Shown: positions 1 to 13,927, counted from the first letter of the stretch. The stretch: 64,000 nt of DNA from Hydrolagus affinis (GCA_012026655.1 JAAILG010000136.1:1-64000); one strand, 5' to 3'. Numbers and translations: made by a program. The notes: generated by a model not told the origin, from the sequence alone.

Positions 1-165
1 AGCACCGGAACAGATCATCAGCCCAGCCAGCTTGTGCTGGTATCCCTCATAATAAATTAGTCATTTTAATCCACAACTGCTTGTGGGACACAGCTGTACG
101 CAATTGGCTGCCACGCTTTGCCTGCAAAATATACAGTCAATTCACTTCAGTTTACAGTATATGGT

Positions 166-482
166 GGAGTCCTGTAACTCAGTGGTTAGAGAACTCGCCT
201 TGCAAGCGAGAAACCTGGGTTCAATTCCAGACAGGGCGAAACCTTGGACAAGTCTCCGTACTCCTCACACCTAATAATAATAAACCCTCGGAAAAAAACA
301 ATAAATTGGTCATTTCAATCCACGACTGTTTGTGGGACACTGCTGTGCGCAATTGGCTGCCGCGTTTTGCCCACAAATATACAGTCAATTTACTTTACAG
401 TATATTCTGTGAAGCACTTTGAGATGTCTAGAAGACGTGAAAAGAGCTACATAAAATGCAAAGATTATTATTAGTATTATTA
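166..482 (+). mobile_element. tRNA-derived SINE (family A), full length, (TTA)n tail; abuts a 3' fragment of a related copy at ~45-160
   Basis: Pol III A-box-like TAACTCAGTGG and B-box-like GGTTCAATTCC; more than 10 related copies in the window. Confidence 0.9.
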
Positions 483-1635
483 ACACACCACAGGTGCCTC
501 CGCCCATTCTAATATTCTTTCCCAAGTCCCTCCCCACCCCTTTATCCCCCATATCCCTTCTATTTCCTTCACTTACACCTGATTTTATTTTTACCGATTG
601 GATTCTGTTATGCAGTGTTCACACAGCTGCACTTCCATGCTACATGACATGGCATTGGGGGTGGTCAAGTTTGAAACCCTGGTTCATCACTGAAGAAAAG
701 CATTTGTGATTGTCTCTTCAGTGACTGTAAAACGTGTCTGGCCTGTGGGTCATTCGTGGGCCTTCGGAGTAGTAAACATCCGAAGGTCAAGTTGTCCAAA
801 TCGAATGCTCTGACCTTACCTTGTGGGAATCACACCAGTTTGAATCATTGAGGTTGAACAGGAGTGGAGCCAGCTCCTGATTTGCACTAACTGAATAAAC
901 CTTGTGATTTAAACTGATGCTTTGCTGCCAGGCATGTGATATAAATGTAGCATAATGTAGCACAGGGCTGGATTTTTTTTTTAAAAAAGGAGATTTCCAT
1001 CTCAGCAGAGCAATTGTCAGGAATAAAATGTGCCTTGTGAAGATTTTCAGCCTCTAGAGTAATTATAAAACCTCAAGAGTGATTGTGCATTTTTCATATG
1101 CAGCAGTAGAATTAAGGAAAATCCTAATTTCAGCCTTGCAGTTGTCAAATATGTGACAAGTGATATAATATACCATTTTCTAAGGAAGCTAGCCATTACA
1201 AATATGTAAAACTTTGATTTGTAATGAAGTAATAATGAGAGATAACTGTGAGTAACGCCATAAATTCATGTATTTGTCAAACTTTGTGCATGTATTAAAA
1301 TAATTTAATGGCTAAGGGAATAAAGTAGCTCTTTCTTAACTGATGGGAGGCGTTTTACTGTTTGAAGCGACTGAAGGCATTAGCTAAAGTAGCTCCTATA
1401 TAGGACTTGAACTATATAAAAAAAAAGAGCTTTTGACTGGATTGTCTAGAGGCAGGAAGGGGCTTTGTGGATTGCATACCTTCCCAGGCTTAGTTGGGGG
1501 GAGAAGGGTAGGTGGGTGCTCCCCTATTCGCAATGTCTTCCCTAACCGAGTATTCAATTTGTTATATATTCTCAGCATGAAACTCATGAATTGTTGTGGT
1601 TGCAATTGTGTTTTTAATAATTGGTGCATTTGAGC

Positions 1636-2016
1636 AGTCCTGTAGCTCAGTGGTTGGAGCACTTGCCTCGCAAGCAAGACACCTGGGTTTGATTCCCGGC
1701 AGGGTGAAACGTTGGGAAAGTTTCCTTACGCCGTACACCTCTGTTTAGCTAGCAGTAAGTAGGAACCCGGATGTTAGTCTATTCATGGATCGCTTTTCCG
1801 GGGATAATAATTCCTTCAATTTTAAACATAATAATATTTGTAATTTAGTCACTTCAATCCACGACTGTTTCTGGGACACTGCTGTGTGCAATTAGCCCCT
1901 GCGTTTCACCCAAACAATATACAATCCATTCACTTTACAGTGTATTCTGTGAAGTGCTTTGAGACATCTCTAAGATGTGATAAGGTGTGATATCAAACAC
2001 AAGGATTATTATTATT
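1636..2016 (+). mobile_element. SINE family A, long variant with extra central segment
   Basis: Same head and tail as 166-482 plus ~60 nt extra (ctctgtttagctagcagtaagtagg...). Confidence 0.88.
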
Positions 2017-3061
2017 GATTCATGACAGATGTAAAGACATCAGATCGCGTAGATATCCATACAAACTGTAAGTCACATACTACATGAGTGAGGAAATAAT
2101 TTGTGGAGTAAAAAGAAAGCAGGTGGAGTTCAACAACTGATTTAGTTTCAAACTAAGATGATGCATCAAGGTGCCAATTGTCATGAGAATAGATTATATT
2201 GAGTGGTTGGAATCCATTCACCAAAGCAGTTGAAATCCTAAATTCTTAGATTGAGCATTACTTCACGGTGTGCATTTTCCAAAAGGAAAGAAATTGCAAT
2301 GATTTAGTAGTGGCATTAATGAGACTGAGTATCTAAATCATTGTCTGAGGTCTTCAACCTTAAACAGTTTCAACATGTTAGTAACTGACTGACCATGAAA
2401 TTGTTTAAGTTTCCTTTAAGGATTTCTTGACGTCTAGGTTTTTTTTTGTACCAAGACTAAAATGAACAATTTGGGGAGATTTATGTTATTTTTAATATAT
2501 ATATTAGTTTCTAAGTTTTCTTTCATTTTGTTTCTGTTCCATAGACCTTGAGCATCATAACCGCTGTAAATGAAGTATTTCTTCAACCTGCTACTGATAT
2601 TTATTGTATGAATGGACAGGCAAAGTACCTTACTTTAGAAAATTGGTTATCTAACGTATTATGTCCTCCTCTCCCTGGTTCTTTTACAGATAACAATTCT
2701 TTGGATAAACAGGTTCTAAATTGCTGTTTCACCTTTCATAAAGAATCATGTGAATTTTGTCGCATTTTTGAATGTGGTATTTTGTATTGAATGTACCCAT
2801 TTCATGTCCCACTTGTCTCGCATGGATCTCACCCTCAGAACTACATGAAATTGCCATTACTTGTTCTGTATTCAGTACACAATGCATTATATGTGAACAG
2901 GATATTTGTTGTTGAAAATTAACCTTTGCAAGCGCAATCACACATAAAATATTTCACATGTAGTAATAAGTGCGATAAAGTGTACAATGTGAGAAAGTAG
3001 GTTTTTCATTATTTAAGCACTTCATAACGTGACCTTTTTTTTTATTTATCTTTTATTAAAG

Positions 3062-3126
3062 GCTCATCAAGGAAGTGGAAATGTGTTGGATGTTGCCCTA
3101 CTTTCCGGCTTCAAGCCTACAGGAGG
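3062..3126 (+). CDS. UNC13C: UNC13C exon (AHQGSGNVLDVALLSGFKPTGG), phase 0->2
   Basis: T-rich tract + AAG acceptor; GG|GTGAGT donor; resembles recalled mammalian UNC13C ARIVSGNDLD...CGG; phase joins exon 13928. Confidence 0.8.
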
Positions 3127-5308
3127 GTGAGTCAACGTTTAGACAAGATATTTCACAAATTTTACTCAGAGCGGTAATGTTTCTCCCTAAAGCAAACTAA
3201 TTTTCACTTCTGCTATAAGTAATGTCACTGTGCTTCGTGGTAGATAAGCTTCTTCCAAGCAACCAGGTCTCCCCTAGGTGCTTTCTAACTGCTGTACTTG
3301 TTTCGCCCATAAAATATACAGTCAGTTCACTTTACAGTATATTCTGTGAAGCGGTTTGTGACATGATAAGGTGCAAGGGTCATTAGTATTATTATTATTA
3401 CTACAGATGATTAGGGATACCTGGTTTCGATTTTTATTAACATTTCAATTTCTGACAGATAATATTGGCGTTTATTTTACCTTTTTTTTGTTTAGACCTT
3501 TAGACTATTTTTTTGGTCTGCGAAACCTGTCCGCTGACTGAATTCCCTTTGTTAAACAGAGTGCCCATTATATATTTGTGTTCATCATTTTAAACACAAA
3601 TGGCTATACAATGGATTTTAAGCTGTGGCACTAACTCACGGAAATAGAAAAGGCTGTTTTATTGGTGCTCATTCTTGGTTTACACTCACTCCCCACTCTC
3701 CACCAAAAGCTTTCTGTTGTTCCAAAGGGCTCTTTGAGAACATTAAATGAAAATGCATACTCTGGTTCAGGTCTCGGAACACGAAAAGGCTTCCAAATAA
3801 GGGTGTTTGAGTATTTTCATGATCTCAAGGCCATGAACAAGCTGAAAGTGTGTTGTTGCTGCATTTTATGAGTCAGCTTGGATTTAGAGTTCCTCAATCA
3901 CAAGTGGGTCAGTTCATACTTCTTTGTGTGGTGTTGAATTTGTACGCGATGAAATCCGAATTGGAAAGTTCGGCTAAACTTTATCTGATGGTTAAGAGAC
4001 TAGGTTTTTTTTTGCAATAGGGAAAGCATAGGTATGAACTGCAATATTATAAGATTAACAATGAATATTGTTAAGTGTAACAATTACTATTAAAGAAATC
4101 AGATCTCTTTATCACATGTGTCAGATATAACTATTGTAAATTTGAAGGAGTTGGTAACGTGACTTCAGTTTGATGACCTAAATCATGTAGCAATAATTGT
4201 CCATTTTGAAAAGGTTAATTGTAAAAAAAAACTTTGAATCAGTGAATTTTGCATTTTCAGTGTATTCCAATAAACCTCTTCACAACTTTGCATCACGTTT
4301 GAGGACAACTGTATGAAATTTAATAGTTACTTCATTTTATTTTCATTGCTCATATGACTAGAGGGGATTAAGCAGTACAGCAATATTTATTATTTTACTG
4401 CTGAGCTGGAGATAAAGCCATAAAAAATTGTAAGAAAATATGAAAACATTCACTTGTGACTTTATTCAAAATTGGACCCTTCACAGCTTTCCACCCCCCC
4501 ACCCCACCTCACTCCCCGCTGAAAAAAAAATCACGTTTCTTTGTCCACATGTCTTTGACTCTTTTTATTTCCTTTCAACATCTCTCAATTACCCTCACTT
4601 GCTCGAGTGGCAATTACTCATTGCATGAGCTTTGACAGTAAAGGGCTACAGGCTATTCAGTCAGGAGATCATCACAGTTAAATCTGATCTGATCCCGTCC
4701 TCACCCATCATCCACACACACACACACAAACTCACCCTCCACCTTCCAAAAACCTGGCAGCCTTTTCCCTCCCCCACCACCACCATCTCACAGCCTTCAC
4801 CACATACACTTTATTGGAGTCAACAAATAGTATAGGGCACACCAAGCAGGTTAAATCGAGGTTTGTATTGAGTTAACATGATTCACCCAGGGAGCTACAG
4901 TTGATGTCTTTGCCCTTTGGCTCAGATGAGGGCAAGACAACCACTTCCTGATCTCTATCTGGAGAATCCTACTTGCGTGTGTGTGTGCGTGTGTATGTGT
5001 AGATGTTTGATGAGAATAGTATAAGATATGGCTGCATTTTCTCCACTCCACCCTCGTGAGTGAATAACCTGCCAGCACTCTCTGCACTCACGATTAAGGC
5101 ATTTGCATTTCCAGACATGAATAATATCCATTTGAACAAGCTGCTGGGAGAGTGAGCAGTTCGGGTGAAACCATTCCTCGGTGGAACGGGAAAGGAGTTA
5201 ATTACTTGCAAGAGAGGAGGAGGGTTGGGTGGGAAGATTTTTTGTGTAAACCCCCTTGCTCCCCCCAAAAAAAACAGTGCCCCAAAATATCTTCACAATG
5301 TACGCAGG

Positions 5309-5330
5309 ACACACACACACACACACACGC
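5309..5330. repeat. (AC)n microsatellite
   Basis: Direct reading. Confidence 0.85.
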
Positions 5331-6484
5331 AGTCATGTTATTTATGTGTGATGAGTATAAACCGATTAACCTCAATCTAACCAGTTAACAGAGTGCTGTT
5401 TGGGCAATTGGGAAAGGCTGCAGGAATTCATGATGTGAGTGATGCTCATGGTGATTTCAATTTCTCCCAGGATAAATAGTCTGTGGTTAGAGCGGATCAC
5501 TGAGTGATATGCTTGAAACGCTGATTGCTTTTGACTGCAACTACAACAACTTGCATTTATATCATGCCCTTAACAGGGGGGGATAGCTTCCTAGAGCACT
5601 TCCAGTGTTGTCTACTTGTGGTACAGAAACATTTCAAATGTACATGAGTTATACTGTGAAGCAGGTCTGCATAGTAAATGTTGCTACTATCACAGTAAAA
5701 ACACTTTCATATCACCTGTAGGCTCCGTCAGTGCTTAACTGTAAATTAACATAATACAGTATTGTATTGAGTGAAAGCCTATTACCATAAGGAGTACTTT
5801 TTTTTAGAGATAATGAGATTGAACCAAAGCAGAAATACTTTTACCTTTAGGTACGCAATATTGCATAATAAATTATATATAAAAAAATTGTTTAACTGCA
5901 GTTATATTTTGTGTTATTGCTTTTAAGCCCTAGTTATTGCTACACTCTTGGCATGATTCAAAGAGGTTTCCAAAATCCAAAATTCTGCAAGTGTCGTGTG
6001 ACTCCCATTTATACTGAGTGATTCTGTGTGTCGTTGTTAAAACCACCTCTGGTAGAGTGATAGTGGTTTCGGAATCGAATTGAATCGAATACAACAACTG
6101 ATCCAAAACTTAACGATTCCAAAGACAGTAATTATGTTTGATAACATTAGCAGGTGTTCAGTACTTTTTATTGGAACTGTGGACATATCCTTAGGTGTAC
6201 AAGTGAGGCTTCCTGTTCTACCTCGCACTGTTGCTGGAAATAATCATGTTTTGGTTTAAAACGTATATTAGCAGTATTAGAGATTTTGCAATGTAACAAA
6301 CTTAATCTCATTGGCATGAACTATTTGCTTTATATTTCACAACAACTTATATAGCTCCCTCCACGCCGGGCACTTCACAATAGCAGAGAGCCCGAGGCCG
6401 AGCCACAAATTATACCCACAACCTCCCCAGTAATGTAATGTTTTAAATCTAAAATATCCTAAACCAACATCACACATTTTGTGC

Positions 6485-6632
6485 AACGTTTCAGGTCCAT
6501 GACCCTTTGCTGGGTTGTGGACCCGAAACATTGACTGACTTTCCTTCCTCCATAGATGCTGCCCGACCTGCTGTTCCCAGCAACTTCTGCTGTTGTTTTA
6601 GACTTCCAGCATCTGCAGTATTTTGTGTTTTG
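6485..6632 (+). mobile_element. Same Penelope-like repeat: inverted junction plus one arm
   Basis: caacgtttcaggtccatgaccc / gggttgtggacccgaaacattg then atagatgctgcccgacctgctg. Confidence 0.75.
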
Positions 6633-7779
6633 ACCACACGTATTGTAGCCTGATATTTGAATCAAACACACCATAGTCTGTTTTACTACTTCTTCCTAAT
6701 TACCTTTGCCTAATATGCAGTTAATTGTGATGATTGATATAATTGGAACATGATTATAACTCACTCACAATTTATCACATCAGCCTGCATATATATATAT
6801 AAAATCTAAAACGCATCCTAAGGACTTTGAAATGCACCTAATCTATGTTGAAAACAGTCTTTAGATAATAATAATCCCTGCATTTTACGTGCTTATCAGG
6901 TCTTTGATAAGCACTCAACAGAATATACTGTAAAGTGCAGTGACTGTGTATTTTGTGGGCCAAGTATTATCAAGATAGACTTTAAAACAGAATATATAAT
7001 GTTATAATTTTTATAGTGAAGGTATTTTTATAGTGAAAGTTACAGTGAAAGGAGTGGTCAATTTGCACACAGCAATGTCTCACAAAGTGAGTAACCGATT
7101 AACCAATTTTATCTGAGAGATTGTTGGTCAGGACACCGGGGGAAACTCCCTCCATTTTTTGAACAGAGTAAATCTTGTCTGGGTTGGACTATCTTCCTGT
7201 GTTGGCATAAATAACCATAACCCTGTATTTATAGCATTTACAATAAAGGAAAATCTAGAAATCAACTGCCCTGAGGTACAAGGTAGTGAGTAATTTGTAC
7301 CATGCAAAATTAACAAGTATCCTCTACTTTCATCGTCCCCTATAACAGTGCGCACATAATACTTTTCTAACACATGATTTCTGCTGAAGGATTAGTTAAT
7401 CAAAAGCAGGTCTGTATTATCCCCCTTTTGACAGTTTATTATGTTGAAGTAATTTGTTTTATTATGAACATCCTGTAACTATGTCCTCTTTTGCATTTAT
7501 TATAGGTTATTACCAACCATTTTATCTTCTGATATCTTGTTTCCATGTGCTGATGTTACTAGGGAGTAATTTTCATCCCTTGTAGCCGTTCCATCTTACT
7601 TAAAACTCATGTAAATGTTCTTTGCCTGTTAATCAAAAAACATATCAGAGCTTTTGCAACTCTCGTGCAATAGAAGTGCGACTCAACTGTATTCTCTTCT
7701 TTAAAAGCAACGGGATTCAAATAGGAATAATAAAGATCTTCCGGTGAACACCTCTACTAGATTAATGATTGAAGTTGCC

Positions 7780-8040
7780 GCCTCTAAGTTGATGAGCCAT
7801 ATAGACCATGGCTTTAATCCCCTGGTCTGGTGAGTTGGCTGATATAAATTGGGGTAGGAGTTGGGATGCAGCAGTTGCCTTTAGGTCTAAAGAAAGAAGA
7901 AAGCCGTCGAGGTGTTCAGCTCCCGTTCCTAATGACTATCCAGTGATCCTTTTGGAAAGTCCACATGTGGACATCAGGTGAGAACAGGATCAGGCTTACC
8001 TGCGATGCAATTCATTGGGTCAAATAATCTTCGACGCATT
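7780..8040 (+). repeat. Ancient interspersed repeat (SINE-like); related fragments at ~4630-4730 (-) and ~4940-5090 (+)
   Basis: Shared motif gtgtgga...ggtgagaacaggatcagg...tgatg...aataa. Confidence 0.45.
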
Positions 8041-8379
8041 CTATCTAGATAAACAAAGTTAAAAATCGTGCTTGCAATGGACGTGTGATTCTTGGCATCT
8101 AACATTTTCTGCAACGCTAGACACATTTTTACTTTTACTATTTTTACAAATATTTGCTATGTGGCATGTTTCCTCCTGCTGGATTTTCATTCCATAAAGC
8201 TGTTTGGTTCAATGTGCAGTAAGTAATTAATTAATGTAATCCACCTGCCATTTAGGATAAGTATTTGATACTGTAGTGTCTGCTGTATAATTAAGAGGAA
8301 ACGTAATGTCTAGAGTTACTTTGGTTCAGATTGTAGCACAGTTGAACTATGCTACACATCAAGACTTGGAACTCATATA

Positions 8380-8640
8380 GTCTAGGCTGACCTTCCAATG
8401 CAGATCAATGCTGGGAGAGTGCTGTATTGTTGGAGATGCCATCATTTGCAGGATTTGTTAAACCAAGGCTCTTTCTGCATGTTTAGGTTCAATGTTAACC
8501 ATCCCATTTGGATTATTCGAAAAGAGATGGGAATTTCTCCTGGTGGTCTAGCCAATGAACCAAATAAAATTGGTCATTCATGCCTCGGCTGTTTGTGGAA
8601 CAATATGTGTGCATTCGCCTACAAATACACAGTCACTCCA
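8380..8640 (+). mobile_element. Degenerate Deu-type SINE fragment
   Basis: Similar to the 12765-13170 body (gttaaaccaagg...ttctcctggtggtctagccaa). Confidence 0.5.
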
Positions 8641-9197
8641 CTCGATAATATTTTCTATAACGTGCTTAGTCAACACTCGCAACGCGCACTCAGGGATCCG
8701 CAAGCCTTGGTTTAACATTTTAGCACACCGCTAAATGTAAGTAACAATGATTTGGGACGTTGATGTGAAAGTTAAAAAAAAAGGTAAAGAAAAATTGCTG
8801 CCATTCAAGGAACTGTTGAGTTAATTATTATCATGGCTATTTCATCAAACTTACTTAGCTTGTTTGCATTTTCAAAGCAAATATTTAGTTATACATCTGA
8901 TGACTTATGAGGTGCGTTTTATTTTAAATTGAGTGATGAAATTAATTTGTCACATGATAAACATGACGGGCTCTGAGTTCATGTAAAACATTTAGTTGCA
9001 ATGACCTGTGCTTTGTTTTGTTTGGTGAGTTACAGAAAGGGTGAGGCTAGGTTTGAACACCGGAATTGTTGTGTTTAGTTTTCGCTCGCAGGCCTCCCAT
9101 AAAAAGGTTCATTTTGTTGAGTTGAGGCACTAAGAGCAACCGCACCCCTTCTTCCACCTTGAAGCTGAAAACTCTCGCTCCCCTCCACCCCTCAAAA

Positions 9198-9451
9198 ATG
9201 AGCCATACTCTCGAAACTCCAACTACCATAGAAAAGAAAAAGGTGAAAAGAAAATATAAAGCTTTTTGGATGAACAGCGACCCAGATGAGAGGCAGAGAG
9301 GTCTGGCAAAGTGTAAAATGAAGCAACAGCTCATAGCGTCCGATGTACGACTTGACAATACTGGAGACTTAGACCCTGCTGAAGAAAGTGAAATTCATAA
9401 TGAGTCAAAAGACGTAATGTCCATCACAGGGAATTTAAAGAAATCGAACAG
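9198..9451 (+). CDS. Candidate alternative first coding exon of UNC13C (MSHTLETPTT...GNLKKSN)
   Basis: AAAATG start, 84 open codons, CAG|GTATTT phase-2 donor compatible with exon 13928; no homology recognised. Confidence 0.45.
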
Positions 9452-10852
9452 GTATTTTGATTTGTAATGTTATTTCGATGATACTTTCTGCGATCTGGAG
9501 AATATGCATTAGATACGTAATATGTGGAAGGATGATTTGAGATGTCAATCCCACTGATCATTAGAATATAATACTATAATAAATAATAATCCTTAACATT
9601 TTCAGCTAAAACATTATCTGGCTAGAGTGTAGCTGATTTGAAAGCTACATTTAATGTTTAGTGAATGACTGAGAACGTAACCTTGCTTACCATACATTTA
9701 TCAGTTTGCTACTTCTATTGTGGATAATTCTTGCACTGAATCAAGCAGAAATTGAAGCAAGTAGAGAAAATGAATATAGGGATGGAGAATCTGGAACCAC
9801 ATCTTGTTGTGCTTTGAGGGAGGAGTAAAAATACTTTGGAGTATTTATGAATAATAATGTATCACCAGTGCAGAGAGAACTTAAAAGGCGACGGTGGAGA
9901 ACTGGAATAAATTAGCACTACTTAATGAGTAAAATAACTTACCTGTAAAATGAGTTGGTTAAGTAGAGAAATAATTCATTAGAGGCCCACAAGCAAAATA
10001 TACTGTAGGGTGATGCAGAGGCTGAGGTAAGGGAATAAAACATACGATAGTATTTTAGTGAGTTTTAATAGCATTGTTATATCGTTAGAGATGACATTAT
10101 GCAAACGAGTATCATATCTCAGTCGTTTTATACACACGTTTATGTGATTGCTTTTCCAATACAGAAAAAAAAAGTGACTTCTTACGAGTGGTTTCTCTTG
10201 TGCACTGCAAATAAAACACTCTAATGACTGGGCTACTTATATATGATGGTACATTGAACAGACTATCTTTTGTGAAGCTGGAGAGAGCAAAATTCTATTT
10301 GTGATCTGTTATCGCACCGATATTCGCTTATTCCATTAAGATAGACTTAAGGGGCTTACAAGTTATTGAAGTCGTACTCAAATTGTAAAATATCCTGTTA
10401 AACTGGTTTAGATAAATAAATGCATTGCTGAGTTTGTGCCACGTTGTTTCGGTTGCTGTATTTGATGCGCGGAGTAAACAAGGTAACAAGGTAAGCAACA
10501 AATGACTGCAGCATATTTGTAGATAACAATTGAATCACAACGGATTGGTGTAATGTAGTTGGAACCTTAACCGGAGGCAAAACAATTGAGCATAAACTGC
10601 TTCTCCAAATGAACATGTCGTGGATAAACTGAGTTGTTCTCCACTATATCTAGATCATAAACCAATTTGAAAGAGGACATGATTTGAAACAATAGAGGAA
10701 AGACAATATTTACAATGCTTTCAGCAACTTTCAGCAACTCTGGGACTCGACTTGACTTGTCTTCTGAATTTGTTGACCCTCAGTCACATACCTGAAGGCT
10801 GGTTATAAACATTTATTGCTGGTTTGCACTATCTGTAATGATATTTTCCAAG

Positions 10853-11335
10853 CTATGGTATCTTGATCTCCCTCGGTAGCACTCTTGCATCTGAGTAAGA
10901 AGCTTGCGGATGACTTTGAGCTCCTTGTCAAGGTTGGCACTCCAAAGCAATGTGAGGGGGGAGGGGTGTGTGTGCGTGCGTGCGTGTGGGTATGGGTGTG
11001 GGGGTGGGGGGGTGGGTGTTCAAATGAGCAGTCCTATGGATGGGACATTAAATCGAGGACCTGGTTGCCTATTCAGACATGAAAAATCCTGTGACAGTGT
11101 TTGAAAAGAGAAGTCAGTTTCTTCTAGTATCTAAGCCAGAAATCCCCAAATAAAATTGGACATTTACTTCATACTATTTGCCTAACAATACGCAATTGGC
11201 TGCCGCATTTCGCCCACAAATATACAGTCAATTCACTTTATGATAAGTATATATGTACACATGCTGTGAAACACTTTGAGACGTCGATAGGATATGAAAA
11301 GCGCTGTATCTAATGCAAGGATTATTAGTATTATT
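10853..11335 (+). mobile_element. Degenerate Deu-type SINE with internal (GT)n/G-rich expansion
   Basis: ggtagcactcttgcatctgag head; ggatgggacattaaatcgagg; family tail with tta repeats. Confidence 0.6.
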
Positions 11336-12764
11336 CATATAGCTCAGTGACTGATGGTACAGTGTGCAATAGTTTGATATCTCAGCACAAACAGTAAGCT
11401 TGGAGCTTGAGAATTTGTGCTAGGGAATCTATTAGTTACTTGAGAAACCTTACAGAATAATGGGTTACTCACTGACATCATCCTTACTGTTATGCACGCA
11501 TGAGAACATCCTATGTTATTGTACAGCCATAAAACACTCCGTGGATAAGGGCGGACCTCACATGTTCTGTACACAAACCTGCTGGATAGCAGCTATTAAA
11601 TATATTGTTTAATCATTAGTGAAACCAGTGGCAATAATATAATTCCCCAATTTAAACCCACTTCAATCTTGTACAGTAGCATTTCATGGCTTTCATTTAC
11701 CTTGTGCTCTAGACAGCAGAAGTTAGGCTCTCTAGCCTCCCAGCAGGTTTTGGCAATTAAGGGATGTGAACTTTAATTTGAAAACCGTTAATCACAGCTG
11801 TGGGCTACATAAAAAGCCTCCACTTTAATCCTATGTTTTAGTTGCAAAGATGAAACGGTAAAAACAAACTGGTATTCAGCTCTTTCCATTAAAGAAGTGT
11901 TCTTTGCTTTAAATAAATAATAACAATAATAAGTCACCATCCTTCGTAGGAAGTTCTGTGAAGGTGTGAATATATATCAAATATATTATTATATCCTTGT
12001 ATTTAATAACAGCAGTTTCTTAGCTTGGGAAGATGTCTTGAAGAGTTTCACAGGATATACTGTAAAGTGTAGTCTGTGTATTTTCACATTGTTTAGAATC
12101 CAGGATTAAATGTACCTTGTTTAAAGCCAAGCACTTTCTGAATATTGTGAACAGTCCACAGATTTGCGTAGTTTAAGCAGTTGCACAAGCAAGCTCGGTC
12201 TATTTTTAGTCTTCACTCCAAGGAGGCTTTATAAACTAACCAATTTTACACTAACTTTATTTTAGATTACTCGGAAGTGAAGAATGCTTTGCGATAGTAA
12301 CATTTTGCAAGCAACGCATCTGGAAAATTACTGTTGAAGAGTTGACGGTGTCTGCAATATTCACCGGGAACCAATATAGCAATATCATTTCCAGTGGTAA
12401 AGAGATGAGGATCGAGAAGCTGATTTATACCTCCTCAATCTTCATGTTTCTAATTACATTGGCAGGTGCAGGAGAAGCTCTCTGTCTAGGTGCAGAGATC
12501 CACCAATTAGTATTATTTTTGTAACATTGTGAAGCAGTTGATAGGAAAAAGCTATCTAGGCAAACATTAAAATATTTTCCCTGGAATGCCCTGGATGTGG
12601 CAGAAGCCCAGAGATTAATTGCCACAGTATGTGCTGCTGTATATCTCAACATATGCAGAAAATTCCCAAATAAATTAAATATCCCAATTGTGCTTTTAAA
12701 CACTCCAAATGATGCATCTCTTTATTAATGTTAGTTATTATTAGTAGTATATTAATCACTACAT

Positions 12765-13170
12765 TTGTCATTGAGACATCTCAAATTGCTTCATAGGAAA
12801 TACTGTGGAGTGGATTTGACTGTATTTTGTGGGTGAAATGCAGTAGCCGGTTACCCACAGCATTGTCTCACAACCAGCCACGGAGTGAGTGACCAATTGT
12901 ATTTGGGGGATTGTTGGCTCGAACACTGGGAGAAACTCTCTTTGTTCCAATAGTGCCATGGGATGTTTAACATCCAGCTGAACAGGCAGATATTTAAAGT
13001 CTCGGTTTAATGTCTCATCCGAAGGATGGTACCTCCCGACAATGCAACCCTCTCCCCAGCATTGCATTGGTGTGTCATTCTAGATTATGTGATTCCAAGT
13101 CCTGATGTAGAGCTTGAACCCACAACCTTCTGACTCCGAGGCAAGTGTGCCTTCATTACGCCAAGCTCAC
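12765..13170 (-). mobile_element. Older tRNA-derived SINE of DeuSINE/SacSINE1 type
   Basis: Reverse complement has a tRNA-like head then gatgagacattaaaccgag...ggatgttaaacatcccatggcactatt (Deu-domain-like, from recall); 3' tail shared with family A. Confidence 0.7.
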
Positions 13171-13927
13171 ACATATTTTCCAACATACTGGACTGTATCT
13201 ACCGCAAACAATTAAGGTGTAGGTTTAGGCTATGGAAGATCATATGAATTGCGGTAAAAGATTTTGTAGAATAAAGCAGACAATATTTCCCACTGTGAAT
13301 ATTGAAGCCACAGTGCACTGTTTGAAATACAGAGAAAGAGGTAGAGTAATGTTGCAATAATCCTGTGAGTAGATGAAATGATTTCATTAATGTATAACTT
13401 GTGAATAAGGTTTCAGTATTGAACACTCCAGATGGACAGATGTGATTTTTACATTTGACGTTGGATTGAAAAGATTTCCGAGGCAATAGATGAGAAATGA
13501 AATGCATGAAAAGAGTCCAGATTCGAATCATTCTGTTATGTGCTTGAAGAAGAGTTGTTTAAAATATGAATCTATGCCTGAGATCTTTAACAGGAAGTTC
13601 AAGTAGTTTTCTTAGCAATGCATGTCCATTTCAATGCCAATTTTTGTGGTTAATGAACCAATAAGTGTACGCAGAAGACTGGAGCTCACTTTACCTTCCA
13701 ATTTTTGCTAACAGATGTCTGGGTAATACTTTGTGCATTGTAGCAGTTCAAACTTCTCTGTAGAGATAAATACTTATCTGTTTGTGGAGCAAATACATTT
13801 TCACATGTCTGCAACGGAAGACGGGCGAGATTAAAAACATTCCTCCCTTAAACACCAATTCAAAGTTGTTTGCTTAGTCCGTTACATAGAGTGTGTGTTT
13901 GGGTACTAAAACAGCTTTATCCTTTAG

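Noticed and set aside
166-238. tRNA-like sequences with A and B boxes
   Set aside because: They continue into SINE bodies and lack a proper acceptor stem or terminator; SINE heads rather than tRNA genes.
81-474. ORFs with the repeated peptide WDTAVRNWLPRFA (also 25979, 26512, 26600, 35372, 47669)
   Set aside because: Chance translations of SINE copies, not genes.
686-724. Hairpin cactgaaga...tcttcagtg as a possible miRNA
   Set aside because: The stem is too short for a pre-miRNA and no known mature sequence is recognised.
2545-2790. Strong acceptor (ttccatag) followed by an open phase-0 frame
   Set aside because: Only poor donors (CAG|GCAAAG, CAG|GTTCTA) and no recognisable UNC13 homology.
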